A stretch of 64,000 nt of DNA from sequence record MK599315.1. One strand, written 5' to 3'. The notes beneath the pieces were generated by a model. It had not been told where the DNA came from and searched no databases. It worked only from the letters and a program-made list of their open reading frames with translations. Shown piece after piece: positions 40,851 through 49,691 of this stretch; position 1 is the first letter of the stretch, and the number at the start of each line of letters is the position of its first letter. A program made the position numbers and the translations under genes.

Positions 40851-41045
40851 GAAAAGAAATACTGGGGCTAGTTATTTAATACAGGAAATGACCGTGAGGT
40901 CCTGACCTGCTATTTGAGCTATGCCCCAGATCACTGCATACTGAAGTTTGAATCTTAAGGAAACAAATATGTAATACAGTATGTGAAGACTGAATGTCCT
41001 CAAATGACCTTGCTTTTATAGCGGGTCCTCCGGTCTATATTGCAT

Positions 41046-41071
41046 TAAAAAAAATCTGAGATCTATATAAC
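41046..41071 (+). promoter_or_regulatory. Early-type promoter of chmA
   Basis: A-tract followed by ATCTGAGATC-TATATAAC (41064-41071). Confidence 0.7.
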
Positions 41072-41140
41072 AGTTTTGAATCCAATACACTGTTGGATCT
41101 CATTCTTGATCAAGAAACGTTACAAACATAGGAACAAATC

Positions 41141-43006
41141 ATGATTCGTGATACCGAAACTCAAAACACTCAAGCTCAAGCCAACAACGCTCCGGCTCAA
41201 GCTGCTCCGCGCGCACAACAGGAAGCTCCTCGTATGCAACAAGCTGCACCTCAAGCTCTGCAAGGCGGTATTTCCGGCCTGCCGAACATGTTCAAACGTT
41301 CCGGTCGTACTGATGGCGGCGACGCCCGTGCGAGCGAAGCGCTGCAAGTAATGACCCGCGTTGGCAAAGATGCCATCGACCATCAAGACCTGGAAAACGA
41401 TTTCCAGATTCTGCGTTTCGACCGTGATGCCAACCGTGTTGGCTACTCCGCGCTGCTGATCGTCAAGCACGCTGCTGGTGGCAACGGTATCATCGTAGTT
41501 CGTCCGCTGATCATGCCGAACCCGGCAATCACCCTGCCTCCGCGTCAGGTTACCATTCAGAACGGCATGAGCCACGATCGCTTCGATGTAGACGTCGAAG
41601 TACAAGACGTATTCACCGTTCAGTACTGGAACCGCATCTGCGAATTCGTTCGTCAGACCACCGGTCGTCCGAAGGCTGAAGTACACCCGGCTGGCCCGCT
41701 GCCGATCCCGGCTGAATTCGATCTGAAAGACGAAGTCCTGCTGAAAGACATTCTGATCCGTTCCGTCAACCTGTGTGACGACGTTCTGGCTAAGAAAGCT
41801 GGCGAGACTCCGTTCCAGATCGCAATGCTGCGCGGCCAAGATGAAACCCTGGCTGCCAAGATGGACTTCTCCGGTCGTCCGGTAATGGACAGCGTCGGTA
41901 ACCCGATCAAGTCCGATATCGTGATCAGCCTGAACCGTACCAAGAAACAAGGTCAGCAAGAGAACGAGTTCTACGAAGCAGACACCATGCTGAACCAGGT
42001 GTCGGTACAAGTAACCCTGGAGTACACCCCCACTCCGCAAGCCCAGATGTTCGGTCAACAGACCCAACCGCTGCCGCCGTTCTCCCCGGCGATCCTGGTA
42101 ACCGACATTCGTCAGGCCAACTGGATCAAGGCAAACACTCTGGAACTGTACCTCTTCGCTCTGTCGAACGCCTTCCGCGTAACCGCTGGCCAGGCTTGGG
42201 CTCGTAAGTTCCTGCCTCAAGTTGGTAAAGTTAAAGACCTGGGTGACATCGGTGCTCTGGGTTGGCTGTCCAACCTGGGTAAGAAGATCGATACCAAGTC
42301 CGATACCTTCACCGATCAGAACTTCGCTGATCTGATGCTGAGCATGGTTCGTCCGAACCCGTCCTTCCTGATCGATCTGGATCGCATGGGCGACAACGCA
42401 GCACTGGACGTAATCTTCCTGGATGCCATGGGTGGCCCGAACCAACAGAAAGCTACTGCCGCGATCATTCGCGCTGTACAGAACCTGGTTGGTGGTGGCT
42501 TCGAGCGCTTCTTCGACTTCAACACTCAGCCGATCATTGCATCGACTGGCACTGAAGTGAACAAGGGCTACTACTGGGATGGCGACGAGAAACGTGACCG
42601 TCGTGACCTGGATGCACTGGGTGCACTGAACGCTGCTGAGGGCAACCAACAAGAGTGGATGTCCTGGTACGGTACTCAATGCAACCCGAACATCCATCCG
42701 GAACTGCGTAACAAGCAATCCAAGAACTACGACCGTGCGTTCCTGGGTGCTGTAACCTACACCACTCGTGCACATCGTGGTATCTTCAACCCGAAGTTCA
42801 TCGAGGGTCTGGATAAGGCGATTGCTGCTGCTGGTCTGACTGTAGCAATGGACAACGTTGCACAGGTCTTCGGTGCTCAGCGCTTCGTTGGCAACACCAT
42901 GATCCAAGACTTCGCTGTCGGTTCTACCGCACAGGTTGTCAACGGCATGGGCGTTGGTGGCGGCTACCAGATGAACATGGTAGGTTCGGTTGGTACTCTG
43001 TACTAA
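41141..43006 (+). CDS. chmA: Chimallin, major phage nuclear shell protein
   Basis: 621 aa; MIRDT..., GGDARASEAL, LRFDRD, QQENEFYE, GGGFERFFD and DGDEKRDRRDLD match 201phi2-1 gp105 / phiKZ gp54; lies upstream of nvRNAP beta'. Confidence 0.96.
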   Translation: MIRDTETQNTQAQANNAPAQAAPRAQQEAPRMQQAAPQALQGGISGLPNMFKRSGRTDGGDARASEALQVMTRVGKDAIDHQDLENDFQILRFDRDANRVGYSALLIVKHAAGGNGIIVVRPLIMPNPAITLPPRQVTIQNGMSHDRFDVDVEVQDVFTVQYWNRICEFVRQTTGRPKAEVHPAGPLPIPAEFDLKDEVLLKDILIRSVNLCDDVLAKKAGETPFQIAMLRGQDETLAAKMDFSGRPVMDSVGNPIKSDIVISLNRTKKQGQQENEFYEADTMLNQVSVQVTLEYTPTPQAQMFGQQTQPLPPFSPAILVTDIRQANWIKANTLELYLFALSNAFRVTAGQAWARKFLPQVGKVKDLGDIGALGWLSNLGKKIDTKSDTFTDQNFADLMLSMVRPNPSFLIDLDRMGDNAALDVIFLDAMGGPNQQKATAAIIRAVQNLVGGGFERFFDFNTQPIIASTGTEVNKGYYWDGDEKRDRRDLDALGALNAAEGNQQEWMSWYGTQCNPNIHPELRNKQSKNYDRAFLGAVTYTTRAHRGIFNPKFIEGLDKAIAAAGLTVAMDNVAQVFGAQRFVGNTMIQDFAVGSTAQVVNGMGVGGGYQMNMVGSVGTLY

Positions 43007-43010
43007 GAAA

Positions 43011-43325
43011 CAACTCCCCCGGTTGATAGGGGTGTCAGAAGGCTGGCATCCCGATTCAAATACTGCGACCCTGGTTCACTTCGGTGATAACGGTTAGGAG
43101 TAGGTTCCGCGAAGTAATCGACTAGTGGGCGTAAAGTCTAGGTCGACCTCTCGCTACACGGGTCGTGAGTGATCACTTAACCGAAAGGAGTTACTCTTGG
43201 GTAACGTGTGATCAAACAACGATGGATGGTAAAAGGTCCTAGTGCCAGAGTGCTACAGAGAAGAGCGGAGGTTAAGCTTTGTAGACGACGCTAGGATCGT
43301 GCCAGGCTCCGTTGGTGGTCCATCG
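43011..43325 (+). ncRNA. Candidate large structured ncRNA of unknown class, downstream of chmA
   Basis: At least 8 helices of 6-11 bp, C(UUCG)G and GAAA loops, two 7-bp loop pairings; no RBS-bearing ORF; ends at a strong terminator. Confidence 0.7.
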
Positions 43326-43330
43326 ATAGT

Positions 43331-43374
43331 AGATAAGGCGGCTCCTTCGGGAGCCGCTTCTATCTCCTTTTTTT
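43331..43374 (+). terminator. Strong intrinsic terminator ending the chmA-ncRNA unit
   Basis: AGATA-AGGCGGCTCC-TTCG-GGAGCCGCTT-CTATCT-CC-T7. Confidence 0.95.
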
Positions 43375-43398
43375 GTCGAGACATAATAGGAAGTAGGT

Positions 43399-44864
43399 AT
43401 GGGTCTATATGCTCAGGTTGTCAATCATGAGAGATGCTCGCTAACCAAAGAGGTAAAGTAGTATTCGCTAACGACTTTAATACCAGCAATGCTGAACAAA
43501 AGGAGGAATTCCAACGTTATCTGTTCTCCCATTATCAGGATGCAGATGCGATCGAGAACTCAGCTTCGTGTGACTGTGAGCATATCACAGAAGCATACAA
43601 GCTTGGGGTAATCTGCGATAACTGCGGTACACCAGTAGTAAGCACGAGCAACCGACCCATCGTCCCATCGATGTGGATTCGGGCACCGGAAGGGGTGGAT
43701 CGTCTGGTGAGTCCCGAGTTGTGGATTATGCTTTCAGGTTATATGTCGATGAAAGAATTCGACTTCCTGGAGTATCTGACCAACACCCAGTATCAGTACG
43801 ATTACGATACGATCAGTTCGAAGGAAACAAAACGGAAACTTGACAAGTTGCTGGCTCGCCAGTTCCCGCGTGGACTGAACAACTTCGTTCAGAACTTCGA
43901 TACGATCTTCCAGTTCTTGCTCGATAGCAGTATCATCAATACCAACAAAGGTGAGATGGCTGCATTCGTTAACCAGAATAAAGAACATCTGTTCCCGAAG
44001 AACATTCCGATCCCAACTAAACTCTGCTTCGTTGTAGAGTCTACGACCTCGGGTGTTTACATCGATAAGCCGATCGGCGCAGCAATCGATGCGGTACTGA
44101 CTATTAGTAGTATCGGTAGTTCGGCAATTCCGCTGAAACCAATCACTGTACAAAACCGTGTAGCTCGTGCACTGAAGCTTCTAGCTATCTTCCACGAGAA
44201 CTACGACAAACAACGAATTGCACAGAAACCCGGTTTGGTTCGTCGACATGTACTAGGTGGTCGTCTTAACCTGACTGCACGTGCAGTAATTACTTCTATC
44301 AGTGATCCGCATGATTACGATGAACTTCACATTCCGTGGGGTGTCGGTTGTCAGCTGTTGAAGTATCATCTGATCAACAAGCTCAAACGCAAATTCCGTA
44401 TGACGACTCGCCAAGCGAACTCGTTCATTTACGAGAACGTTCTGAAGTACAACGAAGTCATCGATCAACTGTTCAAAGAGATCATCGCGGAATCGAAGTA
44501 TAAGGGTCTTCCTTGTGTATTCCACCGCAACCCGACTCTGCAACGTGGTTCGACTCAACAGTTCTTCATCACCGTTATCAAGAATGACATTCGCGATAAC
44601 TCGATCAGCATGTCGGTCCTCTGTCTTAAAGCTCCTAATGCGGATTTCGACGGCGATCAGTTGAATTTGACGTTGATGCCCGATAACTATCTGGCTGATG
44701 CAACTGAACGAATCGCTCCGCATACTTGGGTACTGAGTCCTGATGATCCGCACGAGATCTCGGGTAACTTGGAACTACAAGGTCCGGTAGTAGAGACCAT
44801 CATCAACTATGCTCACGAGGACTATCTTCCGTCCTTGGAAGAATGGTTGGCGAAAGCAGCTTAA
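43399..44864 (+). CDS. Non-virion RNA polymerase beta' N-terminal subunit (phiKZ gp55-56.1-like), with an apparent 1-nt deletion near 43430
   Basis: Catalytic NADFDGD, Zn-finger CDC...CDNC, RNPTL. The conserved start MGLYAQVVNHE at 43399 is one base out of frame with the 43434 ORF. Confidence 0.93.
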
Positions 44865-44884
44865 CGATCCAAGAGGAGTAATCC

Positions 44885-45499
44885 ATGTTACAACAGGCAT
44901 ACGGCGTCGATCTGATGGACATCGTCGCTGGTGGCCATCTGGATCAAAATACCACGAACTGGTTGGGTGAACGTTCTCAGACACTTCGTAGTAACCTGAG
45001 TTCGATGGCAACTTCGTTCTTCGATCAAGCACAAAATCTTTACCAGATGATCAGTACCAGCACAGCGGTACAGGCGATGCGGAACATTGTTGCTAAAACG
45101 GATAACAGTTGGATGTCTAACAACATTCACGGACTGTACACGTTAGAGCAATTGCAAACCGCAAATCCGATCATGCAACGATACATCATGGCACAAGAAC
45201 GCCTGCGTGGTATGTATCTGAACAACATGGTTGAAGGTTATGCTGATTCGTATGTAAACCATCATGGTGATCGTGTTGGCGAACGCCATTACGATTATCG
45301 TCGTGTGATGGACGAAGTACTGGTTGTCAATGATGACCACACCGTAGTCAAGCAGTTCTACGAAGAAATCCCAGAAGGTGATAAAGAGCTTTCTCTCTAC
45401 GAGAAGGTTGATATTCTCCGTTCATGGAATCTTGTGAATGTTGCTCTAGATGAAAACGAAATGGATCCAACCAGTCCTGTAGGGAACTTGTTGGGTTAA
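44885..45499 (+). CDS. Conserved Chimalliviridae protein (phiKZ gp59-like, possible Imp3 import factor)
   Basis: 204 aa directly after nvRNAP beta'; QRYIMA and YDYRRVMD motifs; Imp3 link is by synteny only. Confidence 0.6.
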   Translation: MLQQAYGVDLMDIVAGGHLDQNTTNWLGERSQTLRSNLSSMATSFFDQAQNLYQMISTSTAVQAMRNIVAKTDNSWMSNNIHGLYTLEQLQTANPIMQRYIMAQERLRGMYLNNMVEGYADSYVNHHGDRVGERHYDYRRVMDEVLVVNDDHTVVKQFYEEIPEGDKELSLYEKVDILRSWNLVNVALDENEMDPTSPVGNLLG

Positions 45500-45502
45500 C
45501 AA

Positions 45503-45534
45503 CATAAACGGAGTCCCTTAGGGGACTCCTTTAT
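45503..45534 (+). terminator. Intrinsic terminator
   Basis: CATAAAC-GGAGTCCC-TTAG-GGGACTCC-TTTAT. Confidence 0.85.
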
Positions 45535-45557
45535 AACGAGGATATAAGGAATTTAGT

Positions 45558-45980
45558 ATGATCGAACCGGTGTCGTTTAAGGCCGATCCTAATAAAGCAC
45601 GTCGCCCTATTCTCGATAGTTACGCTCAAAAAATACAAGCTCAAAAAGGGCGTATGAATGTAGTAACTTACTGTGCCAATAACCCCGATAAGATGGTTAA
45701 GATACATCGCGACGGTAATAAATGGTATTGTTGTATTGAACGTGATGGCGTCGAAGTAATTGACAAAAATGAAATAATTGTCATGGGTCCCCCTGGATTC
45801 CCAGATACGATTCAATTACAGATTTCCAATGACCCTAATGATAAAGTACATTTCGTGGAAATTCATGATGGTCGTATTTGGGAAGCAATCAACGCTATCG
45901 GTGGCGGCTATACCCGAAAAAGGATTGAGTTGCCATTCGGACATCCTTTCTTAGACTTCCTTTTCGTGGAGTCCGATTGA
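45558..45980 (+). CDS. Hypothetical protein
   Basis: AAGGA RBS. Confidence 0.75.
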   Translation: MIEPVSFKADPNKARRPILDSYAQKIQAQKGRMNVVTYCANNPDKMVKIHRDGNKWYCCIERDGVEVIDKNEIIVMGPPGFPDTIQLQISNDPNDKVHFVEIHDGRIWEAINAIGGGYTRKRIELPFGHPFLDFLFVESD

Positions 45981-45997
45981 GTCCAATGATGTAGTTA

Positions 45998-46040
45998 GCG
46001 GAGTCTTAGGACTCCGCATACTTTCCTATTATTTTTTTTT
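45998..46040 (+). terminator. Intrinsic terminator
   Basis: GCGGAGTC-TTAG-GACTCCGC followed by a T-rich tail. Confidence 0.8.
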
Positions 46041-46049
46041 GGAGTTGCC

Positions 46050-46454
46050 ATGACAGTCTCTCTCCCAACACTAGGTACTGATGGTTGGATTACCTCAATG
46101 GAATCCAAAGCAGACTACATCATCTCTACTTTCCTTACAACAAATAGGTCCATGTCAACGTTACATAGGACACAAAATACTTCGCTTCAATATCTACTGA
46201 AGGAATATGCTAACGATATCCTTAATCTGGAAATTCAGCTTCGTGATGTACTAACAAATAAACTACGAACCGTGTTTGGTGAATCAGCTCAGGCTTTGGT
46301 TAGTATTGTTCCAGCGAGTCCAGATAATCCGGATGCATTCTCCATTCAGTTTACAGGTATAGTCACTGATGGTACTAAAGAGTATACAGTGGGTAAACTG
46401 GTTCAATTCCAAAATTCACACATTGTGAATATTGCTAATATCAACAACGGGTAA
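46050..46454 (+). CDS. Conserved Chimalliviridae protein (phiKZ gp62-like)
   Basis: LPTLGTDGWI N-terminus; synteny. Confidence 0.65.
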   Translation: MTVSLPTLGTDGWITSMESKADYIISTFLTTNRSMSTLHRTQNTSLQYLLKEYANDILNLEIQLRDVLTNKLRTVFGESAQALVSIVPASPDNPDAFSIQFTGIVTDGTKEYTVGKLVQFQNSHIVNIANINNG

Positions 46455-46458
46455 ATAT

Positions 46459-47049
46459 ATGACGAATCTTGATTCTCAAATGGAAGAAGCACAGGTACTG
46501 GTCGATGGGGAATCAGATGTTAAATCTGCTCCTGACCTTAATGAAACAGATGCACTCATTCAACGAGTGGAACATCTTAATCGCACGGTAGAACGGCTGA
46601 GCGAAAGGCTTCATGTTTCTGAAAAGGCTATTAAACAAATTTTGGAAGCATTGACCCAATCGGAAGATCTACATGAACTTCGTGTCATTAAGATTCTCTC
46701 TAGTTTCTTTGGTGGGTTGAATAATAGCCTTCGTGAAAGTCTTGAGCATATGACTCAAGAAGTATCCACACGTCGTTATGGTTTTACTATTGAAGTTGTT
46801 GATGGTGTTAACGTAACGGCACACGAGAATAGTGTAATTGCAACCAAACGAGAAGATGGTGGTATTGATTTCGCATCTATTAATACCCCCGATCAAATCC
46901 AAAACCATGGAACCGAACCATTCGTTCAATATCTGAAGCAACATGATGAACTGTTTGAAGGTCAGAATGCAATCGTCATTAATATCCTTGCTTCTAAAGA
47001 TGCACTTGAAAAAGTACAAGGAGAATTGAATGAGCCAGTATCAAACTGA
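46459..47049 (+). CDS. Hypothetical protein (coiled coil)
   Basis: Start moved to ATG 46459. Confidence 0.75.
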   Translation: MTNLDSQMEEAQVLVDGESDVKSAPDLNETDALIQRVEHLNRTVERLSERLHVSEKAIKQILEALTQSEDLHELRVIKILSSFFGGLNNSLRESLEHMTQEVSTRRYGFTIEVVDGVNVTAHENSVIATKREDGGIDFASINTPDQIQNHGTEPFVQYLKQHDELFEGQNAIVINILASKDALEKVQGELNEPVSN

Positions 47050-47641
47050 TACAGCTGAAGAAATCCGCGCACGTCATGTAACGCGTGGAATCGATGATTG
47101 TCTGAATACAATCATCGCAAACGACGAGATGCAGTTGCCCATTATCCTGGAAGACAGGTTTGTGAAAGAGGTCTTACCCCTACTAGTAAGACCATGGGAT
47201 ACTGATAACTTAACCCGTTATCGGAAATACGTACTAGAATTGACAAATCCTCTGCGTGTAGCTTCTAATGAAGCAGAGCCGAAGATTCTTTTTACGGTAC
47301 CAGCTTTGTATCCCAGGCCAGCTACCTCATGGGCAGCCGATGCTACAACTGCATCTATTTCACATGTAGTAGATTACATTGCTATTGAACGTGAACGGTC
47401 TCTGCAAGATCTTGAACCGTATATCACGGAATTCTTAAGTAGTGTATCTATTACTACAACCGTGGACAAAAGTGTTCTCATTCCTTTAGCTAACATCCTG
47501 GCGATGTACAACCGCACTTTCGAAGATGAAAGTGGGAATCCATTGTACACCCTCGCCGGGGGTGTTCCCGTTAAAGGGTCTAATGGTAGTGTACGTCAAC
47601 AGGCTGATACAAGCTCATTTGACGACGATTATGAAGACTGA
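47030..47641 (+). CDS. Conserved hypothetical protein
   Basis: AAGGAG RBS; acidic C-terminus. Confidence 0.8.
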   Translation: MSQYQTDTAEEIRARHVTRGIDDCLNTIIANDEMQLPIILEDRFVKEVLPLLVRPWDTDNLTRYRKYVLELTNPLRVASNEAEPKILFTVPALYPRPATSWAADATTASISHVVDYIAIERERSLQDLEPYITEFLSSVSITTTVDKSVLIPLANILAMYNRTFEDESGNPLYTLAGGVPVKGSNGSVRQQADTSSFDDDYED

Positions 47642-48776
47642 TAAAACAAAGTTCCCCGGTACATTTCGATATATAAGCCTAGGTGATATTCACCTAGGTC
47701 ATCGGACAACTCCTACCTCTCATATTCTGTTAAACTTAGATAAAGTTATTACAGATAAGATGTTAAAGGAACTCGATATGGTCATTATTACTGGTGACCT
47801 ATTCGACCGACAGCTTAACTACGGTGATGAATCTGTACATCAGATAAACCGTTGGGCAACAACGTTCATGATGCGCTGCGCTGCAAATAACGTGATGCTC
47901 AGAATAGTTGAAGGTACACCTAGCCATGATAGGGAACAAACCCAGTTCTTTGTAGAGCAAAAAGTAAACGTAAATATTCCAGTCGATCTCCATTACTCTA
48001 AGACACTGTCAATTGAGTATATTGAGAAGCTCGATGCACATTTTCTTTATGTCCCAGATAAATGGCATCCATCAACAGCTGTTACTTTATCGCAGGTAAA
48101 AGAACAGATGGCTTCACTGGGCATAGAGAAGGTTGACTTTGCTATTATGCATGGTGCATTTAGTTATCAGCTACCTTCCATTGTAGAAGAACCAACTCAC
48201 GATGAAGAAGAATACTTAGCTTTAGTAAAACATCAGATCTTGATTGGTCATGTCCACAACATGACTATTAATGATAGAATTTACGCAGCTGGTTCTTTCG
48301 ATCGAATCTGTCATGGCGATGAGATCGATAAAGGGTTGTTTCATTTTATCGTTCGTGAGGATGGTAATTTCACGGCGACATTTATAAAGAACAAGAATGC
48401 TAAGAAGTATGTTACTTTAGAAGTTCACGGTTATGATACTAAACAACTTCTTAATAAAGTAAAAGAAACCTTAGCAGAACTACCCAAGTATTCTGCTATA
48501 CGACTGCGTTGTGACCCAATGGACGTAGCTAACGGCGATATCGAAACATTTCGAGTTGAGTATCCTAACTACGAATGGTCTGTCTTGGTGGAAAAAGCTA
48601 CTAAGAAAAAGAATAGTGTAGCGACAAGTCTAAAAGAATTTGACATGTCTAAGTTTATCGCTATTACACCAGAGACAATTAGTGATCTTCTTAAAGAAGA
48701 GATTTCAAAAGTCACTGATGATCAGACCATACAAGTCCGTTGTCTTGAAAGGTTGGCACAGTTCGTTAGGAATTAA
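47631..48776 (+). CDS. sbcD: SbcD/Mre11-like metallophosphoesterase nuclease
   Basis: GDIHLG, GDLFD, GTPSHD, MHG and GHVH motifs. Confidence 0.9.
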   Translation: MKTDKTKFPGTFRYISLGDIHLGHRTTPTSHILLNLDKVITDKMLKELDMVIITGDLFDRQLNYGDESVHQINRWATTFMMRCAANNVMLRIVEGTPSHDREQTQFFVEQKVNVNIPVDLHYSKTLSIEYIEKLDAHFLYVPDKWHPSTAVTLSQVKEQMASLGIEKVDFAIMHGAFSYQLPSIVEEPTHDEEEYLALVKHQILIGHVHNMTINDRIYAAGSFDRICHGDEIDKGLFHFIVREDGNFTATFIKNKNAKKYVTLEVHGYDTKQLLNKVKETLAELPKYSAIRLRCDPMDVANGDIETFRVEYPNYEWSVLVEKATKKKNSVATSLKEFDMSKFIAITPETISDLLKEEISKVTDDQTIQVRCLERLAQFVRN

Positions 48777-48778
48777 AT

Positions 48779-49606
48779 ATGGAACTCATTGAAAGAGATG
48801 TCGGACAGCTTCCAGTTAGTATCGGTACTTCTCTTGCCTTTGAGGGATTCTTAGGAATTCACCCGAATCAACCTAAGCATCCGATTGACGTTAAATCGGT
48901 AAAAGAGATATGGGTCAATCTTCGAACATTGGCCCGTAATCTCAATTCAGCTGTAGCTACGGATAAAGTCCATGGCATTAATCCAGCTGATGCTGTTACA
49001 ATCCTAATGCAGGAAATACAGACAATTCCGGTTGCACTGGGGCAACATGGATCGAAAGTCAAGGTGCGTTGGTATATCGCATCTAAAGACGCGGTCAAGT
49101 GGGAATACCCCAAGGCTATTTATAAAGAAGCCAAAACGCCAAAACAAATGGCATATGAAGTATACGAACGTTACGCGGCAATTGAACTTCTGCATCAAAT
49201 GAAAGATGCAGGAATAGAAGTGATGGAGATCGATAAAGCTCCAGTAAGGACCCAAGGTACGATCGCTTTGGTTACCCATTTTCCACATGAGCTATTGTGG
49301 AAACAATATTTCGATCGTCTTCTTTTGTTGGAATCCCACACTGGGAAAATAAAACCGTACAACTTGTGGTACACCAAGCTTAACGGCATAAAAGAGGATA
49401 CGCCCATCCCATTCACTAAATTCACTCTACAAGTGTTTGGCGATAGCGTTGTTTTCGATGCACAACCAAAAGCTATTAAGGCCCAACTGAAACAGTTAGC
49501 TGCTTCGAGACGTTGGTCGCCTGTAACTACACAAGACAAAATCTATCATGACATTACAACTCATGGCAGTAAAGAACTTAAAGAATGTTACGCGCTATTA
49601 CGCTGA
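48779..49606 (+). CDS. Conserved Chimalliviridae protein (phiKZ gp66-like)
   Basis: VSIGTSLAFE...WVNLRTLARN; synteny. Confidence 0.65.
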   Translation: MELIERDVGQLPVSIGTSLAFEGFLGIHPNQPKHPIDVKSVKEIWVNLRTLARNLNSAVATDKVHGINPADAVTILMQEIQTIPVALGQHGSKVKVRWYIASKDAVKWEYPKAIYKEAKTPKQMAYEVYERYAAIELLHQMKDAGIEVMEIDKAPVRTQGTIALVTHFPHELLWKQYFDRLLLLESHTGKIKPYNLWYTKLNGIKEDTPIPFTKFTLQVFGDSVVFDAQPKAIKAQLKQLAASRRWSPVTTQDKIYHDITTHGSKELKECYALLR

Positions 49607-49691
49607 TTAGAAAGAATACTCTTCATCGATATAGTACGTAGAAACACTTTCGCGAAGTGTAAAAAATTAATCCAATTGGAGCTAACACATC

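Noticed and set aside
41120-42907. 595-aa antisense ORF opposite chmA
   Set aside because: Shadow ORF caused by the strong codon bias of chmA; no RBS or promoter and no protein-like features.
43011-43325. Assignment of the structured RNA to tRNA, tmRNA, RNase P RNA, 6S, or group I/II intron
   Set aside because: No acceptor/T-arm with CCA, no GAGGAAAGUCC P4 motif, no P7 consensus, no domain V, and it does not interrupt a gene. A formal Rfam search is still needed.
43242-43430. 62-aa ORF in the chmA downstream gap
   Set aside because: GTG start without SD, and it runs through the strong terminator; the region is better explained as structured RNA.
43426-43436. Programmed frameshift in nvRNAP beta'
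   Set aside because: No slippery heptamer, and a stop in the target frame sits immediately upstream; a single-base sequencing loss is more parsimonious.
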